DNA from: Lapillicoccus sp.
GTDB lineage: Bacteria > Actinomycetota > Actinomycetes > Actinomycetales > Dermatophilaceae
Reading direction: 5' to 3'
Length of the DNA: 36,677 bases
Assembly: GCA_035535635.1 (NCBI GenBank)
Contig: DATLPT010000150.1
Coordinates: 1 to 36,677 of the forward strand
The notes beneath the pieces are model-generated. The model did not search any database and was not told where the DNA came from. It worked only from the letters and a program-made list of their open reading frames with translations. The position numbers and the translations under genes are program-made. Positions 9,622 to 18,847 of the stretch are shown piece by piece. Numbering within the stretch: the stretch's first letter is position 1; the number at the start of each line of letters is the position of its first letter.

Positions 9622-10332
9622 TCAGCCCGACGAGCGGGATGGCTTGCGCTCCCGTCCCGACGACCGCCGCGGGGACGGCTCCCTGACGTCGCCCGCGAGC
9701 TCGGCGTCCAGCGTGGTCAGCAGCTCCAGCACACCGCCGAGATGCGCGTGGATCTCGTCGCGGTTTCGCTCGGCCTCTGCGAACTCCGCCTGTACCCGCC
9801 GACCCTCCGCCACTGCCTCACGGCGCGCGGTGTCGACGATGTGAGCGGCACGACGCTCGGCGTCCGCCACGTTGGCCTGGAGGGCGGCGCCGGCCTTCTT
9901 CGTGGCGGCCGCGTCCTGGGTGGCCTGCTCGAGGATCGTGTCGGCCGCCTCGGTGGCGGCCGCCTTCATCCGAGCAGCCTCGGCCTCGGCTGCTCGGCGG
10001 ATCTCGTGCGCATCGCGCTCTCCGTCCGCCCGCAGCTGTCCGGCCTCTTCCTCGGCCAGGCTGAGAATCGTGCTGATCCGGGGACCGACGGCGACCGGGG
10101 CTGCTTCGTGAGCCTGCTCGTTGAGCTCCGCGGCGGCCAGCCGGGCCACCGCTTCGTCGAGCTCGGCGTTGAGGGTCGACTCGCGCTCCTGGGCCTTCGT
10201 CAGCTCCATGGTGCGCTCGGCGGCGGTCCGGCGCGCGGTGGTAAGGGACTGGGACAGCTCGGTCACGACGGCCGATACCTCGTTGGGGTCATAGCCGCGC
10301 AGCACTGTTCGGAACTGGGGCAGTTCGGTCAC
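9622..10332 (-). CDS. FilP-like coiled-coil protein, paralog 3 (shorter rod)
   Basis: FRTVLRGYDPNEV head, VGPRISTILSLAEEEAGQLR, NRDEIHAHLGGVLELL tail. Confidence 0.8.
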   Translation of the reverse strand: MTELPQFRTVLRGYDPNEVSAVVTELSQSLTTARRTAAERTMELTKAQERESTLNAELDEAVARLAAAELNEQAHEAAPVAVGPRISTILSLAEEEAGQLRADGERDAHEIRRAAEAEAARMKAAATEAADTILEQATQDAAATKKAGAALQANVADAERRAAHIVDTARREAVAEGRRVQAEFAEAERNRDEIHAHLGGVLELLTTLDAELAGDVREPSPRRSSGRERKPSRSSG

Positions 10333-10365
10333 GTCGACCCTCGATTCGCGGAAGCTCGGAAAGGG

Positions 10366-10404
10366 CGGATGCAGGGGTTCGTTCCCGATCGTCGCGTGGT
10401 TTGG
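10366..10404 (-). promoter_or_regulatory. Conserved upstream element of FilP-like paralog 3 (ECF-like AAACC-N16-CGAAC)
   Basis: 29 of 39 nt identical, ungapped, to 8487-8525. Confidence 0.55.
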
Positions 10405-10459
10405 GCTCCCTATGTGCCAAAAGGCCCCAAAATGGTCGCCTCGCGGTAGTCCGAGAGAG

Positions 10460-11458
10460 CTATGAGCCCCCGGCGGCGATGACTGCGAGCTCGTCGGTTC
10501 GGTCTAGTCCGGCGCGACGACCGGTTCGCCCCAGCCCCAGCTCTCGCTCCCACGCGAGCGCGTCACGCATGGTGTCGGCCAGGTCGCGGACGGGCACGCC
10601 CGCCCGCTCGGCCGAGGTCGTGTCCCGGTCGCTGAACCCGGCCCACTGCGGGTCGGCGATCCACAACGGCAGCGAACGCGAGCCCATGTACTCCTCGACA
10701 CCTGCCGCGACGAGGGCCTCGTCCGACACGGGCACCACCTGGCCGGTGAATCCCGCGACCTGCTGGGCCGCCTCCAGGACGTCGGCCAGCACCCGGCGCG
10801 GGCCGTATGCGTCGACCGGGCCGGTCACCCCGTCCAGGCCGGCGTCCACGAGCCACCGGGCCAGGTCGTCGACGTCGAGGAACTGGGCGGGTCGGTCGGC
10901 CCGCTCCGGCACCAGCACCGGGCCCCCGTCCTCCTGGGCGAGAGCGAAGCGGCCCGGCCAGTAGCCCAGCCGGTCGCTGCGGTCGCCGTACCCGGCGAGG
11001 AGGCCACTGCGGGCCAACAGTACGTCGTCACCGCGCGCGGCTCGGCAGGCCTCCTCGCACGCCACCTTCCCCTCGCCGTAGGTCTCGAGCCCAGCCTCGT
11101 CGCCCTCCAGGGCCGGGAGCAAAGGGGTGGTTAGCCCGGCCCCGGAACGCGAGTGGTCCGCATACACGGAACCCGACGAGACGAAGACCCAGTGCGTCGC
11201 GAGGTCGGCCAGGGCGGCCAGGGCCGACCGGACCTGACCGGGCTGCCGGCTGACGTCGACGACGAGGTCCCAGCGGGCCTCGACCAGCGGTGCGTATGCG
11301 TCAGGTCGGGTCCGGTCGCCAGTCACCAGTCGGGCGCCGTCCGGCACCGCGCCGCTTTCGCCCCGCGCGAGGCAGGTCACCGAGTGGCCCTGCCCGACCG
11401 CATACCGCGCGATCTCGCCGCCGAGCCAAGCCGTACCACCGAGGACCAGGACACGCAT
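10460..11458 (-). CDS. NAD-dependent epimerase/dehydratase family (atypical SDR)
   Basis: MRVLVLGGTAWLGG Rossmann start, FVSSGSVY, YGEGKVACE. Confidence 0.88.
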   Translation of the reverse strand: MRVLVLGGTAWLGGEIARYAVGQGHSVTCLARGESGAVPDGARLVTGDRTRPDAYAPLVEARWDLVVDVSRQPGQVRSALAALADLATHWVFVSSGSVYADHSRSGAGLTTPLLPALEGDEAGLETYGEGKVACEEACRAARGDDVLLARSGLLAGYGDRSDRLGYWPGRFALAQEDGGPVLVPERADRPAQFLDVDDLARWLVDAGLDGVTGPVDAYGPRRVLADVLEAAQQVAGFTGQVVPVSDEALVAAGVEEYMGSRSLPLWIADPQWAGFSDRDTTSAERAGVPVRDLADTMRDALAWERELGLGRTGRRAGLDRTDELAVIAAGGS

Positions 11459-11537
11459 ACCCGCGACTCTGACAGGCCGACGCTGGCGACCCCACGAGGT
11501 TCGCTGAGAGCCGAGCGTCGCGGCATACAGTTGGGAA

Positions 11538-12899
11538 ATGGACCGGCGGATCTTCGGGATCGAGAACGAGTACGGCGTCACGTGCACGTTCGACGGCCAG
11601 CGCCGCCTCACCCCCGACGAGGTCGCCCGCTACCTCTTCCGCAAGGTCGTCTCGTGGGGCCGGTCGAGCAACGTGTTCCTCGGCAACGGCTCCCGGCTCT
11701 ACCTCGATGTCGGGTCGCACCCGGAGTATGCGACACCGGAGTGCGACGACGTGCGCGACGCGGTGATCCACGACAAGGCGGGGGAGCGGATCATCGAGGG
11801 CCTCGTCGAGGACGCGCAGCAGCGCCTCGCCGAGGAGGGCATCCCCGGCGAGATCTACGTCTTCAAGAACAACACCGACTCGGCCGGCAACTCCTACGGC
11901 TGCCACGAGAACTACTGCGTGGGGCGCGCGGGCGAGTTCCAGAAGATCTCCGACGTCCTCATCCCGTTCCTGGTCAGCCGCCAGATCACCTGCGGTGCAG
12001 GGAAAGTCGTCACCAGCAGCGCCGGCGCGAAGTTCTGCGTCAGCCAGCGGGCCGACCACATCTGGGAGGGCGTCTCCTCGGCGACGACCCGCAGCCGGCC
12101 GATCATCAACACCCGCGACGAGCCGCACGCCGACGCCGAGAAGTACCGCCGCCTCCACGTCATCGTCGGCGACTCGAACATGTCCGAGACCACGACGCTG
12201 CTCAAGCTCGGCTCGGCCGACCTGGTCCTGCGGATGATCGAGGCGGGCGTGGTCATGCGCGACATGGCCCTGGAGAACCCGATCCGCGCCATCCGCGAGA
12301 TCAGCCACGACATCACCGGCCGCAAGACGGTGCGGCTGGCCAACGGCCGTGAGCTGTCCGCGCTTCAGATCCAGCGCGAGTACTTCGAGCGAGCCCTCAC
12401 CTTCGTGGAGCGGGAGGGGATGACGGCGCCGATCCAGAAGCACGTCCTCGACCTGTGGGGGCGCACGCTCGAGGCGGTCGAGTCCGGTGACCTCGACGCC
12501 GTCGACACGGAGATCGACTGGGTCATGAAGTACCGCCTCATCACCCGCTATGTGGAGAAGAACCGCCTGTCGCTGTCCGACCCGCGAGTGCTGCAGCTCG
12601 ACCTGGCCTACCACGACATCAACCGGCGGCGAGGCCTGTTCTACCTGCTCCAGAAGCGGGGCCTCGCCGCCCGCGTCTGCAGCGACATCGAGACCTTCCA
12701 CGCCAAGGTGCGCCCGCCGCAGACCACCCGGGCGAAGCTGCGCGGCGACTTCATCCGCGCGGCGCAGGAGCACCGGCGTGACTTCACGGTCGACTGGGTT
12801 CACCTCAAGCTGAACGACCAGGCGCAGCGAACTGTCCTGTGCAAGGACCCGTTCGCCTCCGAAGACTCCCGGGTAATGAGGCTGATCGACAGCATGTGA
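11538..12899 (+). CDS. pafA: Pup-protein ligase PafA
   Basis: [51 protein letters not shown]...CKDPF; ATG 6 nt after TACAGT. Confidence 0.98.
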   Translation: MDRRIFGIENEYGVTCTFDGQRRLTPDEVARYLFRKVVSWGRSSNVFLGNGSRLYLDVGSHPEYATPECDDVRDAVIHDKAGERIIEGLVEDAQQRLAEEGIPGEIYVFKNNTDSAGNSYGCHENYCVGRAGEFQKISDVLIPFLVSRQITCGAGKVVTSSAGAKFCVSQRADHIWEGVSSATTRSRPIINTRDEPHADAEKYRRLHVIVGDSNMSETTTLLKLGSADLVLRMIEAGVVMRDMALENPIRAIREISHDITGRKTVRLANGRELSALQIQREYFERALTFVEREGMTAPIQKHVLDLWGRTLEAVESGDLDAVDTEIDWVMKYRLITRYVEKNRLSLSDPRVLQLDLAYHDINRRRGLFYLLQKRGLAARVCSDIETFHAKVRPPQTTRAKLRGDFIRAAQEHRRDFTVDWVHLKLNDQAQRTVLCKDPFASEDSRVMRLIDSM

Positions 12900-12996
12900 C
12901 GAGGCTGTGCGCCATCCGTGGTCGGCTGGTCCGGCGGCACAGACGGCCCGGTTACAGTGGCGGGTCCCCGGTCCCCTTCCGAAGGTCCCTTCTCGC

Positions 12997-13998
12997 GTGC
13001 GCCCCTCCCGCGCGGCTGTCGCCGCTGCTCTGACCTCCCTCGTCCTCGTCCCCGCCCTCGCCGCCTGTTCCTCCAGCAACGCGGCGCCCGCCGCGGTGGC
13101 TGCGACCACCAACGCCGACCACAAGCCACTGAACAACCCCGAGGACCTCAAGGTTCTCGACGGCATCACGGTGACCGGCGATGACCCGGCGGTCACGCCG
13201 AAGGTGACCATCGCGGCTCCGCCGGTGAACGTCAGCGCCACCGCGGTCAGGACCCTCAAGGAGGGGGCCGGCGAGGAGAGCGCCGCGGGCAGCAAGGTGA
13301 CTGTCCGCCAGGCCCTGTTCCTCGGGAAGGACGGCAAGCAGCTCCAGAGCGACTTCGAGTCCAAGGAGACGCCGACCTTCATCCTCCAGGGCAATGACAC
13401 GATCCCCGGTCTCCTGACCGCCCTGACCGGCGTCAAACCGGGGTCGCGCATCCTCTTCGCCATCCCGCCGGCCGAGGCGTTCGGGTCCAACGGACGGGCC
13501 GCGGCTGGGATCGGCGCGACCGACGACCTTGTCGTCGTGGCCGACATCCTGGCGGTCGGCAAGGTCCTCCAGCAGGCTGAGGGCACGCCGGTGGCGCCGG
13601 TGGAGGGTCAGCCGACCGTGGCTTTCGACCCGGCCAGCGGTCCCACGATCACGGTGCCCAAGACCGCTGCGCCGAGCGCGCTGGTCGTCCAGAACCTCGT
13701 CGACGGGAACGGTCCCGAGGTCAAGAGCGGCCAGACCATCACCGTCCACTACACCGGCGCGCTGTGGAGCGACGGGTCGGTCTTCGACTCGTCGTGGACG
13801 CGCAAGTCGCCCGCCACCTTCGGCATCGGCACCGGGAACGTCATCCCTGGCTGGGACAAGGGCCTGGTCGGGAAGAAGGTCGGCTCTCGAGTCCTGCTCG
13901 TCGTCCCACCCGCGGACGGCTACGCCGACCAGGCACAGGCCAAGATCCCCGCCAACTCGACCCTGGTGTTCGTCGTCGACATCCTCGACGCCAGCTAG
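12997..13998 (+). CDS. FKBP-type peptidyl-prolyl isomerase lipoprotein (two FKBP domains)
   Basis: Signal peptide with lipobox LAAC; VHYTGALWSDGSVFDSSW, VIPGWDKGL, TLVFVVDIL; GAAGG RBS before GTG 12997. Confidence 0.9.
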   Translation: MRPSRAAVAAALTSLVLVPALAACSSSNAAPAAVAATTNADHKPLNNPEDLKVLDGITVTGDDPAVTPKVTIAAPPVNVSATAVRTLKEGAGEESAAGSKVTVRQALFLGKDGKQLQSDFESKETPTFILQGNDTIPGLLTALTGVKPGSRILFAIPPAEAFGSNGRAAAGIGATDDLVVVADILAVGKVLQQAEGTPVAPVEGQPTVAFDPASGPTITVPKTAAPSALVVQNLVDGNGPEVKSGQTITVHYTGALWSDGSVFDSSWTRKSPATFGIGTGNVIPGWDKGLVGKKVGSRVLLVVPPADGYADQAQAKIPANSTLVFVVDILDAS

Positions 13999-14008
13999 CG
14001 TCGCCGCC

Positions 14009-14740
14009 ATGTCCGCGGACGCCCCGACCATCCTCGCGACCTCCGGCGGCTGGGTGCCCGGCTCGCGAACCTGGTTCGAGGTCGGCCCGCTGACGGAGTA
14101 TGCGGTCGAGCTCGCCCGCGTCTCCGGTCGAGCTCCGCGGGTCTGCTTCGTCGCCACGGCGACCGGCGACAGCGCGTTCGCGATCAGCAACTTCTACGAC
14201 GCGGCGCGGTACGCCGGGTGGGAGGGAAGCCACCTGGCGCTGTTCCCCATGCCGAACCTGCCCGACATGCGCGGCCACCTGCTCGCCCAGGACGTCGTCT
14301 GGGTGTGGGGCGGCAGCGTCGCCGGTCTGCTGGCGATGTGGCGCCTGCACGGCCTGGACGCCGTGATGCGCCAGGTCTGGGAGGCGGGCGTCGTGCTCAC
14401 CGGAGTGTCGGCCGGATCCATCTGCTGGCACGTCGGCGGCCCGACGGACTCGTTCGGGCCCGAGCTGCGGGCGGTCACCGACGGACTGGCGTTGCTTCCG
14501 TACAGCAACGGCGTCCACTACGACTCGGAGGATCAGCGCCGCCCCCTCCTGCACCGGCTGGTGGCCGACGGCACGCTGCCGACCGCGTACGCCACGGACG
14601 ACGGGGTGGGCCTGCTGTACCGGGGGACCGAGCTCGTCGAGGCGCTGACCGAGGAGGCGGGCAAGGCGGCATACCGGGTCGACCGCGGAGCGGACGGCCG
14701 AGCCATCGAGACCAGCATCGAACCGCGTCTGCTCGGGTAG
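14009..14740 (+). CDS. Peptidase E / S51 family (class I glutamine amidotransferase-like fold)
   Basis: ILATSGG, VWVWGGSV, nucleophile motif GVSAGSICW, NGVHYDSE. Confidence 0.88.
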   Translation: MSADAPTILATSGGWVPGSRTWFEVGPLTEYAVELARVSGRAPRVCFVATATGDSAFAISNFYDAARYAGWEGSHLALFPMPNLPDMRGHLLAQDVVWVWGGSVAGLLAMWRLHGLDAVMRQVWEAGVVLTGVSAGSICWHVGGPTDSFGPELRAVTDGLALLPYSNGVHYDSEDQRRPLLHRLVADGTLPTAYATDDGVGLLYRGTELVEALTEEAGKAAYRVDRGADGRAIETSIEPRLLG

Positions 14741-14772
14741 AAACTGGCCCGCTCGGGGGCAGACTGGGACGG

Positions 14773-15477
14773 ATGGACGAGAACGGCTCGGAGAGCTCAG
14801 CGCCGGCCCGGATCGAGCAGCGGCTTCCCGGGTGGATCCCGGTCGTCCTCGTCGTGGCCATGGCCCTGGGTCTCACCAAGCAGCTGTACGGCCTGGTCCT
14901 GCAGTTCTTCCCGGGAGCCGGCCCTGGCAACGGCGGCGTCACGTACATCTCGTTGTCGCTGCGGTTGGCCCAGTGGTCGATCTGGCCGGACTACACCGAC
15001 GTCGGTCCCATGGTCCTCGTGCCGGCGGCCGTGATCCTGTGGTTCACGGTCAGCCGGGTCGCGTGGATGCCGACTCCCGGGTGGGGAGTCCGCCGCGCCG
15101 CCGCTCTGTTGCTGGGCGCCTGCGCTGCGCTGGCCCTCGCCCGCGGGATCGGCGTCCTCTTCTGGTCGGTCACCGCCAGCGATATCGAGCGCGCCAACAT
15201 CGGCTTGACTCCGGAGAACGGCGCTTTCTTCCTCTTCAACTCGGGGCTGTTCGGGCAGCTGTGGTTCGCTGCCGTCGTCGGGGTGCTCACCTGGTGCTTC
15301 CTGGTCGCCCAGCCCGTGGCCCCGACGCAGCCGTCCCCGCAGCGCGCCGGACCGTCGGCGCCGTCGCCCGCCCGCGCCCTGGAGACCGAGGCCTTCGCTG
15401 ATCGAAGGCGAGAGGCGACGTCGGCGCTCCCGCCGCCGGAGGTGTTCCGCCGCCCCGTGGACGGGCATACCTCCTAG
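14773..15477 (+). CDS. Hypothetical membrane protein (about 4 TM segments, Pro-rich tail)
   Basis: Fills the gap between peptidase E and FKBP; hydrophobic segments; ATG 7 nt after CAGACT. Confidence 0.65.
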   Translation: MDENGSESSAPARIEQRLPGWIPVVLVVAMALGLTKQLYGLVLQFFPGAGPGNGGVTYISLSLRLAQWSIWPDYTDVGPMVLVPAAVILWFTVSRVAWMPTPGWGVRRAAALLLGACAALALARGIGVLFWSVTASDIERANIGLTPENGAFFLFNSGLFGQLWFAAVVGVLTWCFLVAQPVAPTQPSPQRAGPSAPSPARALETEAFADRRREATSALPPPEVFRRPVDGHTS

Positions 15478-15491
15478 GGCAGACTGGGCGA

Positions 15492-15878
15492 ATGCCACTG
15501 GATTCCGATCGGAGCAAACCCGAGCTCGACTTTCCCGGCGAAGAGCCGCCGACCGACCTCGTCGTCGAGGACCTCATCGAGGGCAGCGGTGACGAAGCGA
15601 CTCCGGGGAGCACGGTCAGCGCCCATTACGCGGGCTGGGCGTTCTCGACCGGTGAGGAGTTCGACACGTCCTGGAAACGGGGCGCCCCGCTCGACTTCCC
15701 GCTCGGAGCCGGGCGGGTCATCCGCGGTTGGGACGACGGCATCGCCGGGATGAAGGTCGGCGGCCGTCGAAAGCTCACCATCCCGCCGCACCTGGCCTAC
15801 GGCGACCGGGGCGCCGGCGCGGCCATCCAGCCGGGAGAGACCCTCATCTTCGTCGTCGACCTGGTGGACGTTCGCTGA
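15492..15878 (+). CDS. Cytoplasmic FKBP-type peptidyl-prolyl isomerase
   Basis: HYAGWAFSTGEEFDTSW, VIRGWDDGIAGMKVGGRRKLTIPPHLAYG. Confidence 0.95.
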   Translation: MPLDSDRSKPELDFPGEEPPTDLVVEDLIEGSGDEATPGSTVSAHYAGWAFSTGEEFDTSWKRGAPLDFPLGAGRVIRGWDDGIAGMKVGGRRKLTIPPHLAYGDRGAGAAIQPGETLIFVVDLVDVR

Positions 15879-15890
15879 CCGCCAGGGCGG

Positions 15891-16256
15891 TTGACTTACA
15901 CAACTTGCTACGACGAGTACCGTCTCGGCGGCACCAGCCTGTCGTCACCCCTATACGCCGGGATCTGGGCGCTGGCCGTGCAGAGGCATGGCCGGTACGG
16001 TCTGGCCAACCCCGTGCTCTATGCAGTGCAGGGCCTGACCTATGACATCACCAAGGCCCAGCTCCCCACCTATCCAGGCGCCGTGCGCGCCGACTATGTC
16101 AACGGCGTCGACGCCTCGGGCGGGTACAGCTACACAGCCCGCTGGTTCGACTGGGACGACCCGCTGACCATCCATGTCCGGCCGCTGTACGACGACGTCA
16201 CGGGCGTCGGCTCGCCCAACGGCTCAGGCTGGCTCGACGCAGTCGTCAACCACTAG
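15891..16256 (+). pseudogene. C-terminal remnant of an S53 (sedolisin/kumamolisin-like) protease
   Basis: GGTSLSSPLYAG catalytic-Ser motif, GLANPVLY, YDDVTGVGSPNG Ca-site motif; no signal peptide, prodomain or N-terminal catalytic half; weak TTG start. Confidence 0.75.
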
Positions 16257-16278
16257 GAGACCGTCACCGCCATACCGA

Positions 16279-16311
16279 GTGGGCCCGGACGCACGGTGCG
16301 TCCGGGCTCAC
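16279..16311. terminator. Strong hairpin upstream of pafB
   Basis: GTGGGCCCGGACGCA-cgg-TGCGTCCGGGCTCAC, a 15-bp stem with one G:U pair and no U tract. Confidence 0.6.
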
Positions 16312-16343
16312 CGGCGCTTCGCGGCTCGGGTAGGTTCGGCGGA

Positions 16344-17381
16344 ATGAGCGGGCAGCCCACCACGCACGCCAGCACCCACACCGTGCAGGTCAAGACCGAG
16401 CGCCTGCTCAACCTCGTCATCGCGCTGTTGTCGACCCGGATGCCCCTGTCCAAGGCTCGGATCCGCGCCGCCGTCCCGCAGTACCATGGCACCGCCTCCG
16501 ACGAGGCCTTCGACCGGATGTTCGAGCGCGACAAGGACGAGCTTCGTGAGCTCGGCATCCCGCTGGTGACCTCGGTCATCGATCCGGTCTTCGACGACGA
16601 GCTCGGCTACCGGATCGACAAGCGCGAGTATGCGTTGCCGGAGATCGCCTTCGAGCCGGACGAGGTGGCGGCTCTGTCCCTCGCGGCGCGCACGTGGACC
16701 CGGGCGAGCCTCGCCGGCCCGGCCGCGACGGCGCTGCGGAAGCTGCGGGCGGCCGGGGTGACCATGGACGACGCCTCGCTGGTGGGCATCGAGCCGGTGG
16801 TCCGGACCACCGAGGAGGCGTTCGAGCCGCTGCGTCGAGCGGTCCGGGACCGTCGGGCCGTGACGTTCGGGTACCGCAAGCCGGACGCCGAGAGCACCAC
16901 CCGCCGGCTCCAGCCGTGGGGCCTGGCCCAGTGGCACGGCCGGTGGTACCTCACCGGCTACGACCTCGACCGCGGTGCGGCGCGGGTGTTCCGGGTAGGC
17001 CGGATCGACACCGCCGTCACGCCCATCGGACCGGCCGGCGCCTACGACATCCCGGCCGACCACGATCCCCGCGAGATGGTCGACTCGACGCAGGCACCCA
17101 CCTCGCCGCCGCGGGTGGCGACCCTGCGGGTGCGCCAGGGCAGCGGCAACGCGCTGCGGCGGCGGGCCCGGCTGCTCGCCGAGCACGACGGGCTGGGACC
17201 GATCGACGGCTGGTCGACGGTGGAGGTGGACTTCCGCGACGTCGACCGGCTGGCCGACGAGGTGGCGGGATACGGTCCAGACGTGGTGGCGGTCGAGCCC
17301 ACCGACCTCCGGGAGGCGGTGATCCGTCGCCTCATCGGGGTGACCGACGCGGGGGAGCCGGCACAGGAGGAGGAGCTGTGA
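16344..17381 (+). CDS. pafB: HTH-WYL transcriptional regulator PafB
   Basis: KTERLLNLVIALL, AFDRMFERDKDELRELGIP, GRWYLTGYDLDRGAARVFRVGRI; ATG 7 nt after TAGGTT. Confidence 0.93.
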   Translation: MSGQPTTHASTHTVQVKTERLLNLVIALLSTRMPLSKARIRAAVPQYHGTASDEAFDRMFERDKDELRELGIPLVTSVIDPVFDDELGYRIDKREYALPEIAFEPDEVAALSLAARTWTRASLAGPAATALRKLRAAGVTMDDASLVGIEPVVRTTEEAFEPLRRAVRDRRAVTFGYRKPDAESTTRRLQPWGLAQWHGRWYLTGYDLDRGAARVFRVGRIDTAVTPIGPAGAYDIPADHDPREMVDSTQAPTSPPRVATLRVRQGSGNALRRRARLLAEHDGLGPIDGWSTVEVDFRDVDRLADEVAGYGPDVVAVEPTDLREAVIRRLIGVTDAGEPAQEEEL

Positions 17382-18379
17382 ACGGGAGCCGCCGCCAGCC
17401 GCCGGAGTCGGCCACCACCCGGTTGTCGCGGCTGCTCGACATGGTGCCGTGGCTGCTGGCCCACAAAGGTGTCCCGCTCGAGGAGGCCGCCGCGGAGTTC
17501 GGCGTGACCACCGACCAGCTCGTCGCCGACCTCGAGCTGCTGTTCGTCTGCGGGACGCCGGGAGGGATGCCCGACGACCTCATCGAGGCGGACTGGGAGG
17601 ACGGCAAGGTCTACGTCGGCAACGCCGACTACATCGCCCGGCCGCTGCGACTCAGCGTCGACGAGGCCCTGGCCCTGATGGTCGGGCTGCGCGCGCTGGC
17701 GACGACACCCGGCCTGGTCGAGCACGACGCGGTCGGCCGTGCGCTCAGCAAGCTCGAGGAGGCCACCGGTGCCCTCGGCGTACCGAGCTCCCGGGTCCAG
17801 GTCTCCATCGACGACGGGGCGCGGGCGTCAGTACTCGGCCGGGCCCGCCAGGCGGTGGGGGACCACCGGAGGCTCCACCTCGCATACCTCGTGCCGACCC
17901 GTGACGAGGTGACCGAGCGCGACGTCGACCCGATGCGCGTGGTGTTCCTGGACGGGCACTGGTACCTCGAGGGCTGGTGCCACCGCGCGGAGGACGTGCG
18001 GCTGTTCCGGCTGGACCGGATCCAGTCCCTCGACGCGCTCGACGTCGACGGCACGCCGCCACCCCAGGCGCAGCCGCGGGACGTCACCGAGGCGCTGTTC
18101 ACGCCCGGGGAGGAGGACCTCGAGGTGGTCGTCGAGACCGACCGAGCCGGGGCCTGGATCGTGGACTACTACCCCGTGGACCGCGTCGACGACCTGGGCG
18201 ACGGGCGTCGCCGGGTGACCCTGCATGTGTCCGATCCCGCCCTGGTGCGGCGGCTGGCGTGGCGCATGGGTGGGCACGTGCGGGTGGTCTCACCCGTTGA
18301 GCTGGCAGCGAGCGTGGCCTCCGGCGCACAGGAGGCGCTGAGCGCCTACACAGCCGTTCGATCCGGGGTCGACGCGTAG
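17378..18379 (+). CDS. pafC: HTH-WYL transcriptional regulator PafC
   Basis: RLSRLLDMVPWLL, DLELLFVCGTPGGMPDDLIE, HWYLEGWCHRAEDVRLFRLDRI; GTGA overlap with pafB. Confidence 0.93.
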   Translation: MNGSRRQPPESATTRLSRLLDMVPWLLAHKGVPLEEAAAEFGVTTDQLVADLELLFVCGTPGGMPDDLIEADWEDGKVYVGNADYIARPLRLSVDEALALMVGLRALATTPGLVEHDAVGRALSKLEEATGALGVPSSRVQVSIDDGARASVLGRARQAVGDHRRLHLAYLVPTRDEVTERDVDPMRVVFLDGHWYLEGWCHRAEDVRLFRLDRIQSLDALDVDGTPPPQAQPRDVTEALFTPGEEDLEVVVETDRAGAWIVDYYPVDRVDDLGDGRRRVTLHVSDPALVRRLAWRMGGHVRVVSPVELAASVASGAQEALSAYTAVRSGVDA

Positions 18380-18433
18380 ACTCGCTCGGTACGGCGGAAC
18401 GGTCGCCGGAAACCAGAGACGGAAGGTGGCAAC

Positions 18434-18799
18434 GTGGGACGTGGCCTGATCGAGCCTTGGCACATCCTCTTACTGGTGGTGATCGTGGCTGTGCTGTTCG
18501 GGTGGAAGAAGCTGCCCGACATCTCGCGGAGCGTCGGCCGCTCTATGCGCATCTTCAAGTCCGAGGTGAGCGAGATGAAGAACGACGGCAAGGAGGCGCG
18601 GCCCAGCGCCGCGGCCAAGGACACCGTCTCCGGTGACGTCGTCCCACCACAGCAGGCCCAACCCACCCCGCAGCCGACGCCCCAGGCCGCTCCACCGCAG
18701 CCCGCTCAGGGTTACCAGCCGGCTCCCAGCCCGCCGGCCGCGCAAGACTCCCCAGACCCGGTGGCCGAGCAGCAGCGTCACGAGAACCCGGCGCTCTGA
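18434..18799 (+). CDS. tatA: Twin-arginine translocase subunit TatA
   Basis: PWHILLLVVIVAVLFGWKKLPDISRSVGRSMRIFKSE followed by a Pro/Gln-rich tail; GGAAGG RBS. Confidence 0.93.
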   Translation: MGRGLIEPWHILLLVVIVAVLFGWKKLPDISRSVGRSMRIFKSEVSEMKNDGKEARPSAAAKDTVSGDVVPPQQAQPTPQPTPQAAPPQPAQGYQPAPSPPAAQDSPDPVAEQQRHENPAL

Positions 18800-18847
18800 G
18801 CGCCGCGTCCACCTGTCTCCGGCAGCTCACTGGTCAGGCTCTGAAGC

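Noticed and set aside
11301-13586. 761-aa minus-strand ORF
   Set aside because: Shadow of pafA and the FKBP lipoprotein
18645-18745. Repetitive CCGCAG-like tract
   Set aside because: It encodes the ordinary Pro/Gln-rich TatA tail; not a CRISPR array or other repeat element
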